Position numbers and translations under genes: made by a program. The notes under the pieces are model-generated. The model ran no database searches and was not told the DNA's origin. It worked only from the letters and a program-made list of their open reading frames with translations. Positions 55,290-64,000 of a stretch of DNA of 64,000 bases are shown here, piece after piece (positions within the stretch are counted from its first letter, which is position 1; the number at the start of each line of letters is the position of its first letter). The stretch comes from a virus (Duplodnaviria; Caudoviricetes), in IMG/VR virus record IMGVR_UViG_3300043021_000113; one strand, given 5' to 3'.

Positions 55290-57198
55290 TCGGTTGAGGG
55301 AATTGAACCCTTCAATGGCAAACCTGCGCAACCGATAAATTGCTGACTTTCACAAGCAAGCAATCCCGCAATTACAAATCATATTAATTCAAAATTATGA
55401 AAACCTTTGTAGCTCTCTAGGAATCGAACCTAGAACTACCCACCAGGAAGCTTGAAACCTAATTTCACAATTAAGTTTGCACTAAAACCAATAAAAATAC
55501 TTAACTTCATGAAAACAAACAATACGTGTGACTTTCCGGGAATTGAACCCGGAATTACCCAAACCAGGAAGTCGCAGCTCTAACTTCACAGCCAAAACTG
55601 ATAAAATCTAACTATTTAACTATTTACCATTTTAAAAAATTATCAAAATGAAAAAAATCACAGAAAATGTGCGGCTCTCTGAGAATTGAACTCAGAATTA
55701 CCCAAAAAACCAGGAAGCCACAAACCCAGTTTCACAACTGAATTTGTAAATAAAAAATCACACAAAAAATATATAAAAAATATTATGTGAGGCTTGCTGG
55801 GAATCGAACCCAGGATCAATCTAACCGTAGACAAGCCGAGAATAAACCTAACTTCACAGTCCAGCTATTCTAAGTGAAAAAAACAAAAATTATGATATAC
55901 AAATGTTGAGGCTTTCCAAGAATTGAACTTGGAATTATCCATACCAGGAAGCCAAATTTTAAAGACGCCGAATTTCACAACCCAGCGTCTTTGTGTAGTG
56001 TGTCTAATTTTTAATGAACTATTGTTTTGTTATTATTAAAGTAAATGTACAAAGATGAAGTGGACTTCTAGGAATTGAACCTAAAATTACCTAAACCAAG
56101 AGTCCATATTTAAAAGAGCCTAATTTCACAATCAAGCTCTTTTTCTTAGCATGTTTTACTAATTCTCTATATTATGAACAAAGTACAATTCTATTCGTGG
56201 CCCGCTGGGAATTGAACCCAGCATTACCTAAACCAAGAGGCCTCAAGCCTAGCTTCACAGTCAAGCTTGTTGTAACAACTTAAATTTTCAAAAAAACATG
56301 ATTATATTATGAGTATGGCGGCCTTTTAGGAATCGAACCTAATTTTAATCCAATAAGGCCAATAAATCTCCAAATTTCACAACTTAGAGATTCAAAAATT
56401 ATTATCAACTAATTCAAAACTATTATTTATAAAAAGCGTGACTACAAATGTAGTGGTCTTTTAGGAATCGAACCTAAATTACGCTAACCTGCAAGACCAA
56501 CCCTTAATTTCACAATTAAAGGGTAACAATAAACTAAAAATAAATATATATGGAAAATCAAACTCTGTGGCTTTTAAGGACTCGAACCTTTATGCACGCC
56601 AAAACACATGTAAAGCCAGTTGTGTTTTTCATGGTTATCAAGTACGATATTATGTGAATATATGTGAATAATACTGCGATATTATAAAAAGAACTGCCGA
56701 ACTTCACAGCCCAGCAGTTCGCGCTTTAATCATATTAATTTAATATAAAAATACATTTCAAAAAGAAACTTTATGCGTGCGGCTTTCGAGGACTTGAACC
56801 TCAATGTATGCCTTTATACATAGAAAGCCAAATAATCTAATTTCACAATTAAATTATTTTTTACCCAACACTAAAAAATTAACATGATATGAAAAACGTT
56901 GAGGCTTCTAAGGATTCGAACCTTAATAGCGCCTAACCGCGAAGCCCAAAATTCCTAATCTCACGATCGAGAATTTAAATTTCAAATAACAAATCTTCAG
57001 GTTATGAAAAAATCATAAGTGCCTGCCTGGGAGTCGAACCCAGGAGTGGGATTTTGTAGACTTTAGTTGTGTATAATCAATTACTATTACCTGTTGAAAC
57101 AAGTGATTTTAACTACATTTAATTTTAATTTTATTGTTAAAAGAAATTTATTGTTTATTTTAAAAAAATAAACAAACCCACTGTCTTCCTTGCCAGGC
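55290..57198 (-). ncRNA. array of 14 anticodon-less tRNA-like elements with GUGA-tetraloop hairpins and unique spacers
   Basis: units at 55290, 55411, 55530, 55673, 55791, 55910, 56062, 56199, 56320, 56455, 56569, 56781, 56903 and 57021; T-loop GTTCRANTC; compensatory stem changes; G-U pairs only on the minus strand. Confidence 0.85.
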
Positions 57199-57344
57199 TC
57201 TGAACCTTAACGCTTTAAGAGTTCAGTTGTTCAAAAGAACTGTAACGCTTTACATGAACCTTGAACTAATAAAAAAAATTCGCCAAATTTTCCGTGATTA
57301 CTCGAAGCACGGACTAAGTGATCATGAAAAAAAGGATCTGACCA

Positions 57345-57677
57345 TTAGTTGAGCCAGTATGGCTTATTACTAACAGCTAATATATCATGGTTTGCGAGTT
57401 TTAACTTTTCAGGATCTGTGTTAAATCTATAGCCAAGTATTTTACGATTCAACCTAAAATAACTTTCGGGACTTTCCTTAGTTATAACAGTGATCACATG
57501 TTGAAAAGTATTTTTATTGTCTACTTCTTCAAACTTGAATCCCTTATAAGCTCTAACTCTAACCGCTGGCTTTGTGATATATAAGCGTATTTTATAAATA
57601 AAACCTAGGTACACGCCGTTTACATCATATTTCCCGCGATTTGGGTCCTTGATATCTGAATACTTCATCTCACCCAT
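57345..57677 (-). CDS. hypothetical protein immediately upstream of the RNA array
   Basis: 110 aa basic ORF. Confidence 0.55.
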   Translation of the reverse strand: MGEMKYSDIKDPNRGKYDVNGVYLGFIYKIRLYITKPAVRVRAYKGFKFEEVDNKNTFQHVITVITKESPESYFRLNRKILGYRFNTDPEKLKLANHDILAVSNKPYWLN

Positions 57678-59181
57678 TTTAAGGTTTCTGAACCTAAAAA
57701 TCGGGTATACTCTAAGAGCTTTCCATTGTTAAGTTCAATTGAGATGATAAGCTTTTTTGTCTCATAATTTCTTATGCTTATATAATTAACATCGCATAAA
57801 ATGCAAGATATTTCTTGATTTAATAATTCTTGTTTAAGACAAACTCGACCATCAGAAAGTATCTTAAAATAACAATTGTTAATTTCAAGTGTTTTGCTTT
57901 TTTTGGAAAGTTTACTAACGTTTATTGATTCCAAGTCTGGACATTTAGCCAGACTTGAAATTACACGTTCTTTCACTTCATCATTGCAAAACAAAATTTC
58001 TTCTCCTGATGTTGTTTTTATTATAAGTTTATATTGTTTCATTTATGAAAAATCACTATGAATAACAACTCCTTTGTTTTTTATTAGATGCAAACCATCT
58101 TTTATGACTATATGGTCAGCTGTACAGGATTTCCAGTATTCACCATACATTCCAGAAAGTTTGTATCTTATAAAACCATTACTTACTACTTCTTGAAAAT
58201 CGTCTTCATAAATAATTTCGTTAAAATCCAAATCTTCGTCTGAATGAACATTAACGGTTATTCCTTTAGGTGCTTTTTCAAGAAATTTTAAAAATTCTTC
58301 TTGATTGAATAAATAAAATCTATCTTTTAATCTAACTTCGTATCTCATTTTTTAAAAAGGCATATCGTCTAATTCTGGTTTCGTTGAGGTATCAAGCATT
58401 TTTTGTGCTTTTTTAATTTCAGTGAAAACTGATGATGCACCAGTCATAGTTGAAGAGTTATAATTAAAACTTAATAATCCAGCTGGAAAACTAGCTTCTG
58501 CATAATATCCGCGGTCATGATAAGTTATCGTAAAAGTTGATAACGTGAACATCGGATAGCCTAAATAGCCAGTTATTAAGTTTTTATTATTATATGGGCC
58601 CCTATCTGTTTTTAGATGTAAACGACCATCTCCTGTTACTATGTAATGAGTACTGGTTATTAATACTTCGTTTTTATCTTTATAATTAACAGCACGGAGT
58701 TTGACATTTTTGTCGAACGCATCAAGTTCAGTGAAAAGATCCAGAGCATCTGCTAAGCTCTGAATCAATTCTATTTTATCTTCATATTCTAATCTGTACA
58801 TATATAACTATAAGTTGAGGTTCCAGAATTCTTGTTATGAGTTATTGTATGCTTTGTTTTATCTTTTAAAGTAAAATTAATGGTTACTTTGTCGTCTTCT
58901 TTTGTAAATATAAGATAAGTTGGAAAAACTCTAAGATCGCTTTTTATGCCGTCTTTATCTATATAATTATTTTTAAAAACTACATGACCATTATTAAAAA
59001 CACGGAATTTATCATCAGAAAATATTTTTGTTTGATCATTCGTCGAATCTACTTCTTGAACTCTAAAATCCCTTATGTCTTTATTATTAATTACTGCTGA
59101 ATTAATAAATTTGTTTAATCCTTCGTTATTTACAAATATTGTTGTTTTATCAAATGTTATTCTATACATAGTTAAATAATC

Positions 59182-59208
59182 ATGGTTAACCTATACACCA
59201 TAAGGTTT
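59182..59208 (-). promoter_or_regulatory. representative copy of the recurrent 5'-leader H-type pseudoknot (10 copies, 44755-60506)
   Basis: AACCT-T-ATGGT-GTAT-AGGTT-A-ACCAT; covariation across copies. Confidence 0.7.
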
Positions 59209-60511
59209 AGATGAATAATTTAATATAATTTAACAATTAATATGTCTTCAAAGCTATTTATAATCATTGCTTCGCCATTTTTCTTTTTGAACATTGCTGC
59301 TCCTGATTCTGTAAATTTTACAAAATAAGCTAAAATGTCAAGATTATTTATTTTTATATAATAAAAAACGTTTGTATCTAGCTTTGTAAATTTGCAGTTT
59401 TTATCTATATAAAGAGAATTATTAGATAATGCGTTATGCATAAATCCTGGAGCTATTGGTTCAGCTTGACGAATGAATTCTTGAATTTTAAAGTGTCGAT
59501 ACTCGCCAATAGATAAAGCAATTGTTACTGTATCATTAGCTATCTCTTTAATAACTCCAAACCAACCTTTAATTCGAACGTAATTTCCGGTTTTTACTTC
59601 TAATTTCTCAAGAGCAAATGATCTGTGTTGATTAAATCCAGATTCATCAAATATCATTCCTAAGCATTTACAAGTTAAATCTTGGTTTATTTGAACATCT
59701 AATGGATCGATTATTACTCTTGAATTATCAAGAGTTCTTCTAAGAATATATACTATCATAAATTAATTGATTTTTAAAACTTGAGAGTATTTAGGATTTG
59801 AGCATTAAATGTTGGTGAGATTTTATTTATTCTTACATCACCAGATAATCTATCAACTTGGCCGTTTATAAGATGAATGGAAATTAAAGTTATGCCGTCA
59901 TTGAGCATTACTTCTACTTCATCTCCTCTGGAAATTACTTTAGTTTCTATATTAGTAACTCCTAAAGCAGCTTTAGTTAAATAGTCAATAGTGAAATTTT
60001 CACTTTTAACAATGCTTAATTGTTCCATGAAGCTTTCTTTTATACTTTGAAAGCTTGAAAATACTTTCTGTTTCATAATTTTTGTGTTTTATTCTTGGTT
60101 TTTCTTTTCAGCACATAAAATGGCAATTATAGCAACATAAACAATGGTTATAAATATAGCTAAAAATACTGGTGCATTTGTAACCATTAAAAGAATAAAT
60201 ACTGCTATAAAAGCAATTAAACTTGCGATTAATTTTAAAATAAAATTTACCATGATTTAATAATTGTTACTGTAACATTCACCCATTATCTCTTTTTTGC
60301 CAGATAAGACATCTGCTGTGTATATATTGGTATATTTACCAACATAATGGAAATCATGTAATGTGTGTACTGTGCCTTGAAGATTTAATGGATTAATTAC
60401 TGTTTCATAAGCTCTCCTATCCCAAGGATTACTTGAAGAATTGTTTTTTAAAATAATTGTTATGTTCATAATTTTTAATGCATTTTACCTTTACAATGCT
60501 AGGTTTGAATT

Positions 60512-60581
60512 AATAATCGCTGTTTCGTCTTAATTTTCAAAGACTCGTCAGAAGCTTTCTAAGCTTGACAGCGAGATTATT
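60512..60581 (-). ncRNA. type III hammerhead ribozyme
   Basis: CGCUGUC|AAGCUU-AGA-AAGCUU-CUGACGA-GUCUU...AAGAC-GAAACAGCG: complete core and three stems. Confidence 0.9.
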
Positions 60582-61314
60582 TAATCATAATCTCGTGTAT
60601 ACATTTCACCATGGATTATGGCGTTTTGTTTGATATCTTCTGTTTGAACATCAACCCAAGCACCTTTCCATGGGAAATCCCAAATAGTAGTTGTTTTTGA
60701 ATTATTTTCTGGAGTAATTTTTATTTTGTATTTTCTGGTTCTTTTAAATGGTTCATAATGTCCAAAAATTCCTAAGACTTCATAACCAGAAAGTAAAATT
60801 ATAACGTCAAAATTTTTCATAAGTTGTTGATTTTCAATAAGTTACGTATAAAAAAGTCGGCACAGCGCCGCTGGCGCGAATTTTGGCCAAAATGCGTAAA
60901 ACGTCAGAAACTGCAGATAGAACGCGTAGAAGTGGGTTGAGAGTAAAATTTTACTTTAATTGTTATTTAGAATCATTCTAAATAATTTTAACCAATCATG
61001 CGCCTTTCTATGTCCAATTCTTTTATCAATTCATCCAAAGTTTCGTTAAACTCGCAATTAAGCTCATATAAAACATTTGTTAAACTGCTTTGTACTTTAG
61101 CGTTACGCTTAAGCTTTTTTAACAATTCATCTACACGTGTATTCTTCTTCATAGAGTGCTTCTAACTGTTCGTCGATATTCTTACACTTGCTTTCGGAGC
61201 GTAGCCATTCTTCGTTAAGAATGGCATTTTCTCCTAATTGCTTATATAAATTGAACTGAAATTCTCTTTCTTTTTCCAGTTCTTGATATAGTTCGTCAAT
61301 TTTTACATTTGTTC

Positions 61315-61980
61315 TCATTGGTTATTACTTTTTAAAACTGAGATCACGCGTTCCATTTCTTTTATATACTGCTTATAGCTCGCGATTTCTTTTTGATAAT
61401 TTTTAACATCTTTTTTGTACTTTTCTTCTAAGTTTGAATAGTTTTCTTTTAAAGATGTATAATAATTATTCCAGTTTTCGTTTAGTTCTTTTTTCTCTTT
61501 ATCGAAATTTTCTTTTAGTTCTTGATATTCTTTAGCTAATGTTAAATATCTAAAACTCCAATATTCGGTATCTTCTTCTAATTCTTTTCTTTCTTTATCG
61601 AAACTTTCTTTTAATGCGTCTATTTCCATTTCATATTCAATTTCTCTATTATGATAAAAATTCCGCAATTCTTCTTCTTTTTCTTTAAGAGTTTCTTTAT
61701 ATTTAATTTCTAAAGCTATATAATCAACACCCCAACTTTCGTTTAATTCTTCTTCTTTTTCTTTAAGAGCTCTTTTTATTCTTTCTTCTATTTCTTGCTC
61801 TTGTTGTTTTCTTATTTCTCTTTTTAAACGACTAATGTTGTTTTGTATTTCTATAGACTCGTCAAACCATTTTTCATATTCTGAACTACTAAAAGATATT
61901 GTTTCAAGCTTTGCGTATGTTTTAATTAAAAAATATTCTTGATCTTTTAGTTGTTGTTCTAAATTATAATTTATGCTCAT
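61315..61980 (-). CDS. coiled-coil protein with internal repeats
   Basis: LKEKEEEL x2; LKE.FDKE.KEL x2. Confidence 0.6.
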   Translation of the reverse strand: MSINYNLEQQLKDQEYFLIKTYAKLETISFSSSEYEKWFDESIEIQNNISRLKREIRKQQEQEIEERIKRALKEKEEELNESWGVDYIALEIKYKETLKEKEEELRNFYHNREIEYEMEIDALKESFDKERKELEEDTEYWSFRYLTLAKEYQELKENFDKEKKELNENWNNYYTSLKENYSNLEEKYKKDVKNYQKEIASYKQYIKEMERVISVLKSNNQ

Positions 61981-62031
61981 TTTTAATTGTTTTTTTATTG
62001 GTTAATAATTAGTTTTCAAATTATGCATAAC

Positions 62032-62700
62032 TAATGCATAACTTGAAACTAATTAAAAATTTTTTGTTATAATACGCGCACGCGCGTACATTATATTATT
62101 GGTTACTTTTAATTTCTTAAAATTAATCCCAATAATCAAAAGAATTATTCAAAGAAAAACACATATGTTTTTTACTTACTTTTTTATTTAATTCTTCGAT
62201 TCCTTCTTCTTTATATTTTGTTTTCATTTTTGTTACACGACAACCTAGCTCATTTCTACGTTCAAAATTGTTTTTGAAAATATCTAATACTTCTTTTTGA
62301 TTGTTTACAATATCGCTATATTCTCTTAAAATCTGCTTTGTTTGTTTGCATCTTTCTCTTAATTCTTCTTCGTATTTATGGCCAAGTTCGAAAAGTTCTA
62401 TTTTATGTTTAAGTTCTCTTTCTTCGTGTGAATACTCTTTTACTACGTCTGCATAACGTTTGCCGTTATATTCTTTGTCTTCTTGGTTTTGGTAAAAATC
62501 GTATATTTTACGAATATATCTTAAACGTTCTTTGAACCCTTCTAATTCTTTTTTGCTTTCTTCGAATTCCCAATCTGTCATCATATCTTTTTAATTTTTA
62601 AGTTGTTTTATTGATTTTTAAATAGTTACGCAAATAATGCATAACTTGAAATTAATTTAATTTTTTTTATTATAATTCGCGCGCGTACATTATATTATTG
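62032..62700. repeat. two ~70-bp direct repeats (62032-62101 and 62635-62700) flanking ORF 62123..62584
   Basis: TAATGCATAACTTGAAA...TTATAAT...CGCGCGTACATTATATTATTG. Confidence 0.8.
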
Positions 62701-63236
62701 CACGAATTAAAGTAAAAAGAGTGTAAGCCGCACATAATATCAGCACGGCTTTAGTGAACTTGTCAAGCTTCATGATTAATACTGTTTAACTCGTCATATA
62801 AAACTTTTAACTTTCTATCTATTTTGTCAAGTTCTATCTCAACTGGCCAACAGTAAAACTCAAGTTCTTCAGAGTCTTTGTAAGACTCTTGGAGATCTTG
62901 AATTTCTTCGATAAGCTCTTTGCGGACTTTATATAAAACATCCATTTCATCTTTTATCTTTTTTGCGTTCATGATTAAATGTTATTATTATTGAACCATT
63001 CTGGACGTTCTCTTAATATATCATACAGCTCATCGTAATTCTCCGAATACCAAGCTTTAGATATATTCGCATTCTCTTCTTCTCTCTTCTTATAAGAAGA
63101 AGAATCTTTGGCTTTATCTCCTAAAGCTGTTTTTAAATCAGCCATTACAGCTAAATTATTATTTATTACCATTTGAGCTGCAAAACCCAAAAGCTTTTCG
63201 TACTTTGTCTTCATTATTTATTTTTTTTTAATTCGC

Positions 63237-63279
63237 GCCCTAAGAAAGAATCGAACTTTCTTTAACTCCAAAGTAAGGC
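63237..63279 (-). ncRNA. solo anticodon-less tRNA-like element
   Basis: GCCTTA-CT-TTGG-AG-TTAA-AGAAAG-TTCGATT-CTTTCT-TAGGGC. Confidence 0.7.
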
Positions 63280-63317
63280 TCACTACATAAATATTCGTGA
63301 ATGAATAACCACTACAT

Positions 63318-63355
63318 AAAAAAAGAGATGAGAGCGCAATTGCGCTCCCATTTTT
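63318..63355 (-). terminator. intrinsic terminator after 63358..63849
   Basis: ATGGGAGCGC-AATT-GCGCTCTCAT followed by CTC and a U run. Confidence 0.7.
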
Positions 63356-63357
63356 AT

Positions 63358-63849
63358 TTATGCGTTTACCCACTCGTTGAATACCGCAGCTTCTTTTCTC
63401 TTATAACCAGTCTCTCTCCAGATAAAGTCAGCTTCTGACATGTCAATTCTTGAACCCCAACCTGTGCATGGCTTAATAGAAGTAATCTTAATCTTACCTC
63501 CAGAAAGAATCTGCAACATCGCTGCATCTGGTTTTTGAATGCTTACTGGTACAACGTCAAACTTAGTCTTAACATCAAGACCTACTGGTGCGAATCTCTC
63601 TACCATATAGTTCTCAAATTCAACAACGTCGCCGTTCTGGTATGTATATACAAGAGTACCAAGAACTCTTCCTTCATCAGAAAGCATCATAGTTCCAGGC
63701 TTAATCTCAATGCAAACTCCGTTCTCTACTCTTGGACCCGAACCATGAGCACGGTCTTTCGCAGTTTGAACCATTTTCTGTATTGCACTTTCTAATTCTA
63801 CGTTATTTGCTCCTTGAGCAAATAAAGCGTTATTAACAATTGTAGACAT
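63358..63849 (-). CDS. hypothetical protein, first gene of the minus-strand block in this window
   Basis: 163 aa ORF, higher GC than its surroundings, own terminator. Confidence 0.65.
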   Translation of the reverse strand: MSTIVNNALFAQGANNVELESAIQKMVQTAKDRAHGSGPRVENGVCIEIKPGTMMLSDEGRVLGTLVYTYQNGDVVEFENYMVERFAPVGLDVKTKFDVVPVSIQKPDAAMLQILSGGKIKITSIKPCTGWGSRIDMSEADFIWRETGYKRKEAAVFNEWVNA

Positions 63850-64000
63850 ATTAAAATATTTTTATTTTTTATTATCAAAAACCGGAGGGGGAATATTATT
63901 GAGAATCAAATTTTATTCAACAAATTTTGAATAAAATTTTTTAGAACTTTATTTTTTTTCTATTATTTTTGAATAAAATTTTTTTGTTATTTAAATTTTT

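Noticed and set aside
55290-57198. CRISPR array or ordinary tRNA cluster
   Set aside because: Repeats are conserved in structure rather than sequence, there are no cas genes in the window, and the units lack anticodon arms and are too short for decoding tRNAs
4085-63795. Plus-strand ORFs in the track (e.g. 11439, 14662, 18401, 36302, 45619, 51061)
   Set aside because: They are antisense shadows of well-supported minus-strand genes or of intron RNA, with no motifs
1-64000. Stop-codon reassignment as seen in some crAss-like phages
   Set aside because: Long genes read intact in the standard code and TAA, TAG and TGA all end genes; the in-frame TAAs at 4929 and 31484 are isolated
63880-64000. 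Genome terminus or virion-RNAP promoter (G-run and repeated TTTTGAATAAAATTTTT)
   Set aside because: Suggestive, but low complexity and cut by the window edge; not supportable

Overview
A very AT-rich bacteriophage genome segment coding almost entirely on the minus strand. The gene set and canonical Bacteroidota TTTG/CTTG-N20-TAnnTTTG promoters point to a crAss-like (Crassvirales-type) phage of a Bacteroidota host (inference). The set includes a PD-(D/E)xK exonuclease, Holliday resolvase, primase, SSB, AAA ATPase, DnaB, SF2 and Pif1-like helicases, MoxR/vWA, dUTPase, class II RNR and RNase H. Five group I introns split core genes exactly at catalytic motifs, four of them carrying homing endonucleases; junctions were reconstructed by hand. 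The window also has a BcgI-like restriction-modification module, a run of about 20 small paralogous ORFs, three fimbrial-like lipoproteins, a hammerhead ribozyme and a family of 5'-leader pseudoknots. The most unusual feature is an ORF-free 2-kb array at 55290-57270. It holds 14 anticodon-less mini-tRNA elements (acceptor stem, tiny D-arm, T-arm); 13 are paired with a GUGA-tetraloop hairpin. They are separated by 13 unique U-rich spacers whose complements look like Bacteroidota translation-start regions. I propose this is a tRNA-processed polycistronic antisense/guide RNA array. All structures were read by eye; no database searches were run.
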